This document shows, piece by piece, positions 20,601 through 31,609 of a DNA stretch of 64,000 nt; within the stretch, counting starts at the first letter, position 1; each line of letters opens with the position of its first letter. A program made the position numbers and the translations under genes. The DNA is taken from NCBI GenBank assembly GCA_963840035.1, contig CAWIXE010000002.1, positions 1,600,001 to 1,664,000 of the forward strand. Direction: 5' to 3'. The notes under the pieces were generated by a model, which was given only the letters and a program-made list of their open reading frames with translations, was not told where the DNA came from and did no database searches. This stretch comes from a candidate division FCPU426 bacterium (GTDB lineage: Bacteria; Oederibacteriota; PGYV01; Palsa-1178).

Positions 20601-23600
20601 ATTGACGGCACGGTATACTCCCTGCTCGGCTTTACCCCGGTATTATTCCATTGGTTGCGGGACACAATATTCTGTCCGTCAGAAACACCATAGGACGCCC
20701 TGCTGACGCCAAACTGCGGCCCTATCCTTTCAAGCAGCCTTTGTATCATTACGGATTCATTTTTTCCGCTTTCAGCGGCTATTTTCCATATGTCTGCGCG
20801 GAGTACATCAAGCATGTTTTTCATGACTTCTTCGTCGGCAGCTGCTTTCCTGTATGAAATATCCCTGACAGTCCAGAGAATTGCCCGCTTTCCTTTATAC
20901 TCCATATGGCTGGCGTTTACCTCCGCGTAAACCTTTCTGCCGTCCTTTGTTATTAAAATATCCTCATAAACTCTGGATACTGCTTTTACGTTCTGCCTGA
21001 CCTTCTTATTCTTTGGTTTTTCTTTTATCAACTCCAGCCCTTTTTCAAGCAGTTCCTGCCTGGAGTAGCCGAGCATTTCGCACGCAGTTTTATTTACCTC
21101 AAGCAGCCGCATGGGCGAGCCCAGCACTGAAATTTCCATCAATAAAACCGCGTCATTTACCCCTTCAAAAAGCGCCCTATATCTGGCTTCACTTAACGCT
21201 ATTTCAGCCTCAGCCTGTCTGCGTTCTATGCTGTTTGATATTATCTGGGCCGCTTCCAAAACCAGCTGTTTTTCCACGTCAGCCCATTCTTTTTTATCAC
21301 CTGCGGGGGTACACATTATAATCCCCTGCCTTACTCCGTGGATAAAATACGGGGTCATGAGCGAGGGTTTGTCGCCATACCGCGCCGCGATGAGCTTTAG
21401 CACGGGAGCCAGCAGGAACCTGATCATTTTAGGCGCGTCCTGTATAACGGAGGACATAGTCACAACCTTCTGGCTTTCTATTTTATAATTATCAAAAATA
21501 TCCTTGGGGAAAGTAAATCCCTTGAATTTTCTTAATCCGTCAGCCTTCCACTCATGGGTGATCATGAATTTATCCGACGCCGCGGGAGCCCCGTAAGATA
21601 CGCGCTCCGCCGACATTGCGGGCCCTATTTTTTCCAAAAGTCCCTGAATGAGCTGCTCCTGGGTAATTGACGCGTCCGAGGCTATCTTCCATATTTCCGC
21701 CCTTGCAACCCCTATAACAGCCTGCTTGCGTTCCTTTTCATCCCTGCGCCTCATTTCAGAGATATCGCGGGAATTTGACAGAACCGTGGGCTTTCCGCCG
21801 TAATTTATGAGGACAGCGTTAACTTCAACGGGTATCCTCCGGCCGTCTTTTGTAATATGCACTGTTTCCAGCCTGACCCTGCCTTCCTTCATAATCGTTT
21901 TGACCGCGTTTACAGGGTTCTGCCTGGCTTCCGGCGCGTTAATGTCAACAAGTTTCAGTTTGAGGAACTCTTCCTCCGTATACCCGAACCTGTCGCAGGC
22001 AATTTTATTTACCGCAATAATCCGGCCGGGTTTTCCGCCCTGATCAGGCTGGTGCGCTATCACCGCGTCAAGGGAACTTTCAAAGAGTGTCTTGTATTTG
22101 GACTCGCTTTCCTGTATCTCCTCTTCCCACCGCTTGTATTCAAAAGCCTGGGCTATTATATGCGCGGCTTCAAGTACGAGTCTTCTTTTCTTCCGTCCAC
22201 ATACCCCGCCTGCTTAAAACACAGGTTATCGCGGAGAACTTCCTGCCTCCCACAACCACATTTGTTGACAGCGCTTCCTTGTCCGGGCTTGCTGTTCTGC
22301 GGAGCAGTTCGGCAATAACGCCTGTCATAACACCCTTTTTGACTTTAGGCAAAAACGACATTATGTTATCCCTGTTAATTACTTCCTGTTCAAAAAACTC
22401 AAAAGCATTAAAGAGGTCCAGGGGCAGTTTAACGCCAATGGAGCTGCCTTTCACTCCGGCCGCCCTCCATTCAAACTCCGCGGTCATGCTTTTGTCTTTA
22501 ACGGAACTGTAAGCCACCCTTTCCGCGCCAAGGGCTATGCCAATCTTTTCTATAAGCCCGGAAATAAGCCCGTGTTCCGTGATGTTTTTATCCGCCGCCA
22601 TTTTCCATATCTGCGCGCGCAGCTCTTTGTACCTGCCCTGCTGTTTTACCAGCTCCAGCGCCCTGTGGCGTTCTATAGCGCCGGAAATAATATTGGCCAC
22701 TTCAAGGACAAGCTGTTTTTTTTCGTCCGGCCAGTTTCTTACCGAATCGCCTTCACAGACGCAACTGACCAGCCCTTCCTGCCTTCCGTTTATGACGCAC
22801 TGGGTCACAAGCGCGGAGTTCTCCCCGATAAGCCTTATCAATAAGCCCGCTATATTTTTAGCCATTTTCCTGTATTTTTCGGCAACCAGGGATAAAAACA
22901 GTTCCTTGTCCAGCACTGACTGACTCATGAACTTAATTCCCCTGAAAAACTCCTCGGGCACGCCGAAACCCAGGACCGACCCTTTTGCAGAACTGCCTTT
23001 CCACTCATACAACCCGGTAAATTTCCCGTCCTTTACCGCGCTGTATACCGTGCGCTGGCATTTGAACGAAGCGCCCAGGGCTTCCAGCAGCCCTTTTATA
23101 AGTTTTTCTTCGTTAAAACTTTTTTCAGCAGCCAGCTTCCAGATCTGGCCGCGCAGTTCCTTATATGACAGCTGTTCCCGCTGGAATTCCTCGGATTTTT
23201 TCCTTTCGCTGATGTCCCTTGCTGACACTATTATTGTATGCTTTCCCCTTAGCTCAAAAACGTTCGCAGTTATCTCAACAGGAAGCAGAGCCCCGTTTTT
23301 TGCCCTGTGAAATGTCTCAACTTTAACATTTTTGTTTTTTCCGACATCCCTTACCGACTTACGCACTATTTCCCTGTCCTGCGGGCTGTGGATGTCCTCG
23401 GGTGTCATCTGCATCAGTTCTTCCCTGGTATAGCCCAGCCTTTCGCACGCTACGCGGTTGACTGCGATGAATTTTCCGGGTTTCCCGGGCTTTATGACAG
23501 GAAATACAAAAACAGCGTCATTTGTAGAGTTGAACATGACGCGGTACTTTTCCTCGCTCTCGCGAAGCACCGTCTCCATGTAGTTCCTCTCAGTTACGTC

Positions 23601-24074
23601 CTCAAGAACAGATATTGTCCTTAAAAACCTGCCGTTTTCATCCCTGACCGCCGCGGAACTTACGACAACATCAATTATCTTTTTATCCTTTGTTATCATT
23701 TTATATTCCCCGCCGTACGCATAACCCTTCTTCTTAACAATACCGATCTTTGTCACCGCCTGGATATAAGACTCCGGCCTCATGATCTTCATCATGCTTT
23801 TGCCAAGCATTTCCGTCCTGTTGATGCCGAACAATTCAGCTGCGGCCTTATTGTATTCTATGATTTTACCGTGTTCATCCACTGAGGCAATCGCGCTTAA
23901 GGCAGCGTCAAAAGTGGCGGCATACTTTTCCTGGCTTTGTTTGAGGAGTTTCCGGAGCTCATCGACTTCCGCTGCGGCATTATTGTATGACGGATTGTTT
24001 TTAGGCTCAGGAATAGACGCAGGCTGCTTTTTGTTATTTATATTGGTAGTTTTATTAGTTTGATTAAATTTCAA
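17657..24074 (-). CDS. Giant multi-PAS/GAF sensor histidine kinase (~2140 aa) split by a single-base frameshift near 22185
   Basis: ORFs 22170..24074 and 17657..22063 join as WTEE-RLVLEAAHIIAQ, matching internal repeats WPDEKKQLVLEVANII and WADVEKQLVLEAAQII; kinase core SHDLQEPLR, NLIANSIKF, GTGIGLAIC. Confidence 0.9.
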
Positions 24075-24176
24075 AATACACCCCTTAATTCCCTTGAAAT
24101 TATATCAAAATAAGTATATATCAGTAAAATTGTCATGTAAAGTGAATTTTGTTTTAATTACAATCAAAAATAGTAA

Positions 24177-24220
24177 AACCCGGGTTTGTCCCGCCAAGCG
24201 GCACAAAACACCCGGGTTCT
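24177..24220 (-). terminator. Putative terminator hairpin
   Basis: AACCCGGG...CCCGGGTT inverted repeat downstream of the 24238 gene. Confidence 0.45.
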
Positions 24221-24237
24221 AAAACAAGCGTATTATA

Positions 24238-24831
24238 TTACTTCATCTTCTTTACCGGATACCTGATAATAGTCATGTATTTTTGCGGGTCGCCTTTACC
24301 AAACATACCCGGGCCTTTTAAATATATCTCTTCATGGGCCCCGTTAATCTTATAACCTTCCGCTTTTATAAAGCTCTTTAATTTATCCACCGTAGGCGTC
24401 TCGCCTTCGTAAGGCCCTTTGTAAAGTATTTCTGCCGTGTCTCCATACTCCCAATAACCGATCTTTACATCCACCGCGGTTTTTTTCTTCATTTCCGGAA
24501 GGACTGTGACGGATTCAGGTATTTTTATCCCGAATACGCCTTTCCAGGTGGTGCCTTCTTTTGGTATTTCAGCCGGCCAGCGTCCATGGGGCGGCTCCAT
24601 CAATTTTCCGCTGAACTTCAGGCCGAAATAAACCTGATAAAGCGACATGATGCAATCCCCTGATATTTTTTCTGGTGTCCCTGACGCTTCGGCAACAAGC
24701 ATCTTCTGTTTCGGAAGGTTAATGATATGCGGTTCTTCAGAAAGGCTGTAGGACGTGTCAGGCTTCATGCACCCCGACAGCATCACAACAAGTACCGCCG
24801 TAAAAATACACGCCAACTTTTTCATACCCAC
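24238..24831 (-). CDS. GyrI-like small-molecule-binding lipoprotein
   Basis: Lipobox LSGC, YKGPYE, HEEIYL, TIIRYPV. Confidence 0.8.
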   Translation of the reverse strand: MGMKKLACIFTAVLVVMLSGCMKPDTSYSLSEEPHIINLPKQKMLVAEASGTPEKISGDCIMSLYQVYFGLKFSGKLMEPPHGRWPAEIPKEGTTWKGVFGIKIPESVTVLPEMKKKTAVDVKIGYWEYGDTAEILYKGPYEGETPTVDKLKSFIKAEGYKINGAHEEIYLKGPGMFGKGDPQKYMTIIRYPVKKMK

Positions 24832-24880
24832 CCCCCATCACGATTGAAAATATAAAATTCAAAATTGAAAATTATTTTTA

Positions 24881-25582
24881 TCACCAGCTTCCGGCAGCGC
24901 CCCCGCCAAAACCTGACGGCTGCGCCGGTGCCGTGTTCTTTTGTGTACTCTTCTTTTCCGCGGGCGCTTCTGAAATTGCCCGCGCTTTTCCCTTAACCCT
25001 GATTTGCAACATTAATAAAACCGCAGCAAATATAACCAGCGCACCGAACAGTATCCATAAGAACGGCCCGGAGAGCAGTGAGTTCTTTGTTTCCATCATT
25101 TTCGACATGGCCCTGGCGCCCTCATAAATACCCCGGGAATAATCGCCCTCCCTGAACTGCGGGATGATTTTTGACTTTACCACATTCTTCATGATATCGT
25201 CATAAACCCCTGATTTGGCCTGTCCCAGTTCAAGCGCTATCTGCCTGTCATTTATGGAAATTAAAAGCAGCATCCCCCTGCCCGCCTTTGAGCCTATGCC
25301 CCACTGGGAAAAAAGCCCGGAAGCAAATTCCTCAATGTCCACACCGGGGAAAAAATCATTTACAGAACTTATACATACAACCTGTATCTCCGCTTTCTGG
25401 TCATAGTCTATCTTACGCAACATTTCCGCAATGGATGTCCTGTCGGTATTTTTAAGTATTCCGGCGTAATCGTTTACATACTCGTCAACCTTCACCGGGA
25501 AAGCGCCTTCGGCGCATATGGCGACAACAGATAATACAAGGACAGCCGCAGTCATAAAGATTTTTTTCATATTATTCCTCAA
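24881..25582 (-). CDS. TPM-domain protein (YgcG-like) with TM helix and Gly-rich tail
   Basis: VNDYAGIL, WGIG, IIPQFREGDY, SGFGGGAAGSW. Confidence 0.85.
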   Translation of the reverse strand: MRNNMKKIFMTAAVLVLSVVAICAEGAFPVKVDEYVNDYAGILKNTDRTSIAEMLRKIDYDQKAEIQVVCISSVNDFFPGVDIEEFASGLFSQWGIGSKAGRGMLLLISINDRQIALELGQAKSGVYDDIMKNVVKSKIIPQFREGDYSRGIYEGARAMSKMMETKNSLLSGPFLWILFGALVIFAAVLLMLQIRVKGKARAISEAPAEKKSTQKNTAPAQPSGFGGGAAGSW

Positions 25583-26012
25583 AAGTAAGCGCTTCAGGAT
25601 TTTCTTTCAGTTCTATCTTCTCGTCAGGGTAGCTTTCAGCCAGCCTTTCAGCCACCATGTTTATGCCGCCGATTAACCCTATCGCATACTGTTTTTCCTT
25701 AAACTTAACCGTGACAGCCTCTAAAACGCGCGTCCAGAAAGGCTGCCCGACTTTATCATTAATGCCGTCGTCGCCGATAATCGCGAGTTTCCTGTCAAAA
25801 ATCGAGACATAAAAAAGAACGCCGTTTTGCATGGGATTTTCCCTCATGCCGAGTTTCATAAAAGCATTACGCGCGGCTGTTAAGGCATCGCGGCCGGCTT
25901 TACGCTCAAAACGCACCCGTATCTCGCCGGTGGTCTTGTAGTCAGCGTTTAACATGGCGCTTTCAATCTCTTTTTTATCATTTTCGCTTATGAAGTCCCT
26001 GATATCCGCCAT
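25572..26012 (-). CDS. TPM-domain protein (DUF477-like)
   Basis: TTGEIRV, NGVLFY, IIGDDGINDKV..FW. Confidence 0.85.
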   Translation of the reverse strand: MADIRDFISENDKKEIESAMLNADYKTTGEIRVRFERKAGRDALTAARNAFMKLGMRENPMQNGVLFYVSIFDRKLAIIGDDGINDKVGQPFWTRVLEAVTVKFKEKQYAIGLIGGINMVAERLAESYPDEKIELKENPEALTFEE

Positions 26013-26120
26013 AATTCTCCCCGTAATATATTTGTAAGATTATAGCATAAAACAGGATAATTCAGTTTAAAGTTTTAAGTACAGTGTACTTATAATATGT
26101 TTTGTTTGCATTTTTATGCT

Positions 26121-26235
26121 TGTCATTGCGAGGAGGCGTTTTTGTTACTTGCCGACGAAGCAATCTCGCTGTTCCAGAAGGAGAAAACGAGATTGCTTCG
26201 TCGCCATAAACCAACTGCGGCTCCTCGCAATGACA
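26121..26235. repeat. GTCATTGCGAG palindromic element
   Basis: TGTCATTGCGAGGAG..GAAGCAATCTC..GAGATTGCTTC..CTCCTCGCAATGACA; second copy at 41046. Confidence 0.9.
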
Positions 26236-26321
26236 AACTGTAAACACATCTTCTTAAAAGCACAAGTACCGGAATTGTCCGCTTTCCGCCACACACTACC
26301 CACCACCCACTACACACCATC

Positions 26322-26783
26322 TTAAAAACCGGATTTTTTACCTGTCATTGAGCTCAATTTTATTCTTATTATCTTTATTGCCTCAACCTTGGACTCGCGG
26401 AACTTATTAAAGAGCTTTCCGGTTGCCTGCTTCATTATAGCCTTCAGGGCCTTTATTTTTTCAGCCCGGTTATCAACTATAGAGGCCTTTCCAAAAGCCA
26501 CAACACTCTTATACCGGAACCCGTATTCGCACGGCTCCTGCGCCTCCACAAGAGAACCCTCCGTGTCTATTTCAACGGCCACAAGCGGATTCTTTCTTAT
26601 AATTTCCAGTTTTCTGCCTTCAGCCGCGCAGTGGATGTAAACAAACCCAGCCTTATAGCCGTAATTAAAGGCAAGCACATATGGCTGATTTCCATCCGCA
26701 AAACCTATCCTGCATACTTTCGCGGCCTTTATGATGTTTTCGATCTCTTTTTTGCTTTTGATTTCCTTGTCGCTTCTTCTCAT
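26322..26783 (-). CDS. Pyridoxamine 5'-phosphate oxidase-like (Nim-like) flavin-binding protein
   Basis: MRRSDKEI, PYVLAFNY, IHCAAEGRK, YKSVVAFG, MTGK. Confidence 0.88.
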   Translation of the reverse strand: MRRSDKEIKSKKEIENIIKAAKVCRIGFADGNQPYVLAFNYGYKAGFVYIHCAAEGRKLEIIRKNPLVAVEIDTEGSLVEAQEPCEYGFRYKSVVAFGKASIVDNRAEKIKALKAIMKQATGKLFNKFRESKVEAIKIIRIKLSSMTGKKSGF

Positions 26784-26791
26784 ATATTCCC

Positions 26792-27436
26792 CTACAGTTT
26801 GAAGAGTTCTGCCTGGCCGCCTTTGATTTCCTTTTTCGGAGCCACTTTGCCTTTTTCGCCCTTTTCCGCCTTTACAAGCTGGTCGCCTTTTACAATGGCG
26901 TGCATCTTCGAATCACGCACTTTACCTGAAAAGGTCACAATGCTTTTCCTCAGTATTCCTTCATATTTCATCCCCGCTTTTACCAGGACCTTTGCGGAAG
27001 CCTTATTTTCAACATCACAATATGCCTCAACCCTGTTCGCGTCGAGTTCCTTAAAGGCAAATTCCACGATTTTAATTACGGCTTCAGTAGTCAGCCCCTG
27101 GTTCCAGTAGTATGGCGAAATCGCGTAGCCCAGCGTGGCGCATTTGTCCTGGCCGTTGAATTCCTCTATACCCGCGGTTCCGATCATCTTTTTATCTTTT
27201 TTATGCGATATCGCCCATGATACCGGGAGGCCTTTCTTCATACGCGAGACGGCAAACGCCAGGAATTTTTTTGTTTCTTTTACGGACCTGTGAAAGTCCC
27301 AGATCGTGTATTGAGTGACTTCAGGCCGCGAGGCGTATTCAAACATCTCATCAGCGTCGGTTAACTTCAAAGGCCTTAAAATAAGACGCTTTGTCTCAAG
27401 CTTGGGAAGGTGTTTAAATATCTTTTCTGTTGTCAT
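26792..27436 (-). CDS. RimJ/RimL-family GNAT acetyltransferase with Lys-rich tail
   Basis: LETKRLILR, YWNQGLTTEA, NKASAKVLVKAGM..EG. Confidence 0.9.
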   Translation of the reverse strand: MTTEKIFKHLPKLETKRLILRPLKLTDADEMFEYASRPEVTQYTIWDFHRSVKETKKFLAFAVSRMKKGLPVSWAISHKKDKKMIGTAGIEEFNGQDKCATLGYAISPYYWNQGLTTEAVIKIVEFAFKELDANRVEAYCDVENKASAKVLVKAGMKYEGILRKSIVTFSGKVRDSKMHAIVKGDQLVKAEKGEKGKVAPKKEIKGGQAELFKL

Positions 27437-27493
27437 ATAAAACCTCCATTAATTTCTTATTCCTGATTTCCGATTCAACGACAGACCGCCTTA

Positions 27494-27517
27494 CGCAACC
27501 TGAAGGTTGCGGCTGCC
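27494..27517 (-). repeat. REP of the GTAGCCGCAACCTTCAGGTTGCG family (variant)
   Basis: CGCAACCTGAAGGTTGCGGCTGC; same family as 39963-40034. Confidence 0.75.
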
Positions 27518-27557
27518 AACATCAGTCCGCCACCCACCACTCACTACCCACCACCCA

Positions 27558-28196
27558 CTACTCTTCCCCTTCTGTTTCCATATCCAGCCTTTTAAAAAAC
27601 GCCTCCATATAATCATGCCGTTTTTTTGCCAGCCTTTTTCCCTCTTTTGTCAGCATCCTTGACCTTACATGCCTTAACTTTACCATATATTCCCTGTACG
27701 CGGTGTCTTCCTCCGTATACGGTTTTGTTTTTGATATGTCAACGCCCTTATTGTGAAGCTTCGCGCCGACTTCACCCGCGAAGAGAAACGCCCTGCCTAT
27801 ACCCACCGCGCCTATGGAATCCAGTTTGTCGGCGTCAAACAATACTTTAGCCTCCGGTGACTTTGGTCTTAATTTTCCCCTGAACCTATGGGTCTCAATA
27901 CAGTGGCATACCTGCGCTGTTTTATCACTACTTAAGCCAAGGCTTATTAAGATACCGAAGGCCATTTTACCGCCTTCCAGGGCGTGGTCAATCTTACCTC
28001 CGGATTTATCCTCAATACCGCGGGCGATGTCGTGAAGGTACGCGGCTATGCTAACTATTTCAGCCTGAACTTTTTCTTTTTTTGCGATATGAACCGCGAG
28101 CTTATACACCCTGCCGGTATGCTCCCAATCATGCGAGCCTTTTGAAGAACCATGTATATGCATCGCTTCTTTTTTAACTTTTTCAAGTATCCCCAT
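27558..28196 (-). CDS. HD-domain phosphohydrolase (YedJ-like)
   Basis: HDWEH, LHDIAR, DADKLDSIGAVG; start MGILEK after GGAGG. Confidence 0.9.
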   Translation of the reverse strand: MGILEKVKKEAMHIHGSSKGSHDWEHTGRVYKLAVHIAKKEKVQAEIVSIAAYLHDIARGIEDKSGGKIDHALEGGKMAFGILISLGLSSDKTAQVCHCIETHRFRGKLRPKSPEAKVLFDADKLDSIGAVGIGRAFLFAGEVGAKLHNKGVDISKTKPYTEEDTAYREYMVKLRHVRSRMLTKEGKRLAKKRHDYMEAFFKRLDMETEGEE

Positions 28197-28357
28197 ATTG
28201 CCTCCATTAAATAGTAAAGGGCGGGTTTTCACCCGCCCAGCATTATAATATTTCAATTAACAATTTACAATTAAGAATTATTGAGCGCTGTTGCGCTTTT
28301 TATTATAATATTGCAAGGGCCGACGTTTTACCGGCCCGCAGCAATTTGCCCTTAGCC

Positions 28358-28918
28358 CTACAAAGCCCACTCTATTTCATATCTTGTATGCGCGTCCCTG
28401 TTAAGCAGCGACTTAGCCACCTTAATTTCAACCTTTTTACACCCGCATATTTCCAGGGCTGCTTCCATCCATCCCGCTATCCTGTGCTCAATGACTTCAC
28501 TGTATTCTTCAAATTCGGTTATATAAACAACAAACTTGTTCTTCTCCGCTTCCTCGCCTTTCATTGAACTGGGTTTATAATATGTGGGGAGTATTGTGCC
28601 TGCTTTACCCAGGATAAACTGCGGCGATCCGAGTTTTACAAAAAGTTTATAGATCCCGCGCAGGCCGTGCTCCGCGCTGTGGCGGCCCACATCACGGTAG
28701 GCTTTTTTGTCGCCATTGTAAAGGACCCTGGCTATCTGAATGCATGGTTCTGTAAGCATCATTTTAAGGTCATACCACTGATTTGTAAGAATCGCCCCGC
28801 CGTACAGGTTCTTTGCAGCCGGAGAAAGCGACGCTATCCACTTCGCCAGGCCCGGTTCCCCGAACTTTGACTTAACAAATTCCCTGGTCGCCATTATAGC
28901 AGTGCCTTTTACATCCAT
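28358..28918 (-). CDS. HNOX/V4R-like (DUF2378-like) cytoplasmic protein
   Basis: VKGT start, WY motif, GW..ALEICG, C-terminal W. Confidence 0.6.
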   Translation of the reverse strand: MDVKGTAIMATREFVKSKFGEPGLAKWIASLSPAAKNLYGGAILTNQWYDLKMMLTEPCIQIARVLYNGDKKAYRDVGRHSAEHGLRGIYKLFVKLGSPQFILGKAGTILPTYYKPSSMKGEEAEKNKFVVYITEFEEYSEVIEHRIAGWMEAALEICGCKKVEIKVAKSLLNRDAHTRYEIEWAL

Positions 28919-29011
28919 GATAATACCTCCGTTTAGATAATGTATCCCCTAATGTAAATATTATACATTATATAAACGCAATATCAAGTTTTATCCGACC
29001 GGAATTCGGTT

Positions 29012-29416
29012 TTACGCGAAAAAGTATTTTTTCATAGGCTTAAAATAGTAATCAACCCAGCCTTTTTTATACCCGGCCGCCTGGCCGTCCGGGATGTTTG
29101 TATGCGTAATAGATACCAGTGTCCCTCCTTTTGCCTTTCTAAACGTAACAACAAGTTTTGAATCCGCCGCGTCTTCAGGAAATTCAGTGGTTCTCCACGC
29201 CTGGACAATTTTTTTACCCGGAACCATTTCCAGGTTTGTGCCGGTTATATATTTGTCCCATGCCGAGAATTTTGCCCCGGCTTTTGCAGTGCCTGACGCG
29301 CCTGCTCCTGTCATTTTCGAGTGTTTTTTTCCGTCAAGCCAGGAAGCGTAAATTTCACCGGGTTCTGCCGGGATGATATCTTTTACCACGCATTTTTCAG
29401 CCATTTTACCCTCCAC
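29012..29416 (-). CDS. SRPBCC/AHSA1 domain protein
   Basis: WDKYITGTN, KIVQAWR, GWVDYYFKPM. Confidence 0.88.
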   Translation of the reverse strand: MEGKMAEKCVVKDIIPAEPGEIYASWLDGKKHSKMTGAGASGTAKAGAKFSAWDKYITGTNLEMVPGKKIVQAWRTTEFPEDAADSKLVVTFRKAKGGTLVSITHTNIPDGQAAGYKKGWVDYYFKPMKKYFFA

Positions 29417-29420
29417 ATTT

Positions 29421-30623
29421 TTAAAAAACTTTTTCTCCGGCTTTATAAACCATTAAAACCTTCAGCCCGGGGTCAAATACCGTAAAATCAGCCAGCGCCC
29501 CGGTTTTTATGACGCCGATATCCCCGCGTTTCAGGACTGCCGCCGGGTTTGATGTAACCATCCTTAATACTTCCGTCTTTTTTGCGCCCGTCCACTTCAT
29601 ATAATTCCTGCACATTTGCGGCAGAGTGACAGCGCTCCCTATGAGCCTGCCTTCCTTAAAATACGCCGCGCTGTTTTTTATGAAATACGCGCCAATTACC
29701 TTATCATGGTAACTTCCGTCCGCTGCGCCCAGCTCAGGCACGGAATCGGTTATCAGCACGATCCTCCCGCTGCCTATGTCCTTATGCGCGGTTTTAATTA
29801 CATCCTGAGGGACATGGCTTCCGTCAGCGATAATTTCAACACTGGTGATTTTTGATTCAACTATGGCCCGATACGGGCCCGTCACCCCGTGAAGTGATTT
29901 GTCCATTGCATTAAAAAGATGGGTTACATGAACGACTCCTGCCTTCAGTATTGCTTTTGCCTGCTTATACCCCGCAAGCGTGTGCCCAAAGGCGGCTATG
30001 ACCTTGCTTCCGGCTGCTTTTTTTACGATACGCATGGCCCCGGGCAATTCCGGGGCTATGGTCATGATCTTCAGGATTCCCGGTATTTTTAAAATTTCAC
30101 CGGCAACCGCTCCCGGTTTTAAGACATATTTACTGTCAATCATTCCTCTTTTTTGAGTATTTATAAACGGCCCTTCCAGGTAACAGCCCGCAGGCACGGC
30201 GCGCAGCCCCTGCCTTTTTATAAATTTTTTCAACGATGAAGCCCTGTTTAAAAATGTTTCGTCGTAAAACGAAGTTAAAAGCACAGTGGTTACTCCGGTT
30301 TTCAAGTATGCTTTTGAGATTTTTGAGAATTGCGCGGGGGTTAAAGCTTTCATGGTATTTATGCCGGCGGCGCCGTGGGTATGTAAATCAATGAGACCCG
30401 GTGAAAGCAGCGCGCCCTTTAGGTCATGTATCACAACTCCGCGGAAATCCCGCAGGCACGCGCTGCCACGGGCTATTTTTTTTATTATTCCATTTTCAGA
30501 ATAGACATAACCGGTTCCGAGAAGATTAATGCCGTTGAATATGCCGGTGTTAACTAAAAGCAGCTTGCTTCCCACACCACACCCGTCAGTCCTGGCCAAC
30601 CAGCCATTCTTTTGCCTCATCAA
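29421..30623 (-). CDS. nagA: N-acetylglucosamine-6-phosphate deacetylase-like amidohydrolase (start likely ~30575)
   Basis: PGLIDLHTHG, LEGPF, TIAPE, GHT, THLFNAM, DGSH, LITD. Confidence 0.8.
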   Translation of the reverse strand: MMRQKNGWLARTDGCGVGSKLLLVNTGIFNGINLLGTGYVYSENGIIKKIARGSACLRDFRGVVIHDLKGALLSPGLIDLHTHGAAGINTMKALTPAQFSKISKAYLKTGVTTVLLTSFYDETFLNRASSLKKFIKRQGLRAVPAGCYLEGPFINTQKRGMIDSKYVLKPGAVAGEILKIPGILKIMTIAPELPGAMRIVKKAAGSKVIAAFGHTLAGYKQAKAILKAGVVHVTHLFNAMDKSLHGVTGPYRAIVESKITSVEIIADGSHVPQDVIKTAHKDIGSGRIVLITDSVPELGAADGSYHDKVIGAYFIKNSAAYFKEGRLIGSAVTLPQMCRNYMKWTGAKKTEVLRMVTSNPAAVLKRGDIGVIKTGALADFTVFDPGLKVLMVYKAGEKVF

Positions 30624-30951
30624 CAGAATTTTTAGCGATTAAGTTCTTACGGCCAGTGAATTTGATAATGGCCGACATAATTATTCCTTTTACTCCTTCG
30701 ACGCCGACAACCGCAGTCATTTTCATAAATGGTTTATTGTGCTCGGAAAACGCCTTAAGTGAATCCGCAAGCTGTTTGTCAAAACTCGATTTGCTTACAT
30801 CGACAAGCCCGAGGATAGAAAGCGGAGGCTGCTGATCTATGACCTTTGCGGCTTCTTCGATTGCCTTTAATACGTCCTCTATCTGCGAATATGAAAAATC
30901 CATCAGAAAAATCTTTTTCCCCTTATGTTCGATGAATTTGCATGAAGCCAT
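30586..30951 (-). CDS. SpoIIAA/STAS-like small protein, paralog 1
   Basis: HKGKKIFLMDFS...AVVGVEG; similar to 36277 and 36962 genes. Confidence 0.75.
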   Translation of the reverse strand: MASCKFIEHKGKKIFLMDFSYSQIEDVLKAIEEAAKVIDQQPPLSILGLVDVSKSSFDKQLADSLKAFSEHNKPFMKMTAVVGVEGVKGIIMSAIIKFTGRKNLIAKNSVDEAKEWLVGQD

Positions 30952-30968
30952 AGCCGCCTCCTTATGAT

Positions 30969-31397
30969 TTATACTATCGCCACGAGCTGAATTTCAAAAG
31001 TAAGGTCTTTACCGGCCAGCGGGTGGTTTCCGTCGAGGGTTACCTTAGTTTCCGTCACATCGACCACCGACACCATCATGGGCACGCCGTCAGGAGTCAT
31101 TAACTGGAGCATGAGCCCTTTTTCAGGTTTTATGTGAGGCGGTATCTCAGCCTTTTCCACGCTGATTATATTCTCTTCCATTTTTGGGCCGTATGCTTCG
31201 GCAGAAACTATTTTTACCGTTTTTTTATCACCTGCGTTTAATCCCACAACCGCGGCTTCAAAACCGGGGATTATCATTCCGGCGCCAAGCGTGAATTCCA
31301 GCGGGTCTTTTCCTTCCGATGTATCAAAAACACTTCCGTCATCAAGGGTACCCTTGTAATGAACTTTTACTTTATCGCCGTTTTTTGCCTGCGCCAC
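30969..31397 (-). CDS. FKBP-type peptidyl-prolyl isomerase (SlyD/SlpA type)
   Basis: VHYKGTLDDG, IIPGFE, AYG, LDGNHPLAGKDLTF. Confidence 0.95.
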   Translation of the reverse strand: MAQAKNGDKVKVHYKGTLDDGSVFDTSEGKDPLEFTLGAGMIIPGFEAAVVGLNAGDKKTVKIVSAEAYGPKMEENIISVEKAEIPPHIKPEKGLMLQLMTPDGVPMMVSVVDVTETKVTLDGNHPLAGKDLTFEIQLVAIV

Positions 31398-31609
31398 GAA
31401 TGGCCTCCTTTTTTGCCCGTATATTGACCGGGAGTCAAATTATAGCATGACTTATGGCAAGTTTAAAGTTTAAAATTGAAAACTTAAAGTTGAGTCATAA
31501 AAACCCACTTGTTTAAATAAAACGTTGTAATATAATAAATTACGGCACACGCACAGCTTTAATTTTAAAATTTCAACTTTAAATTTTAAGTTGCCTTCCC
31601 GGGGGTCCC

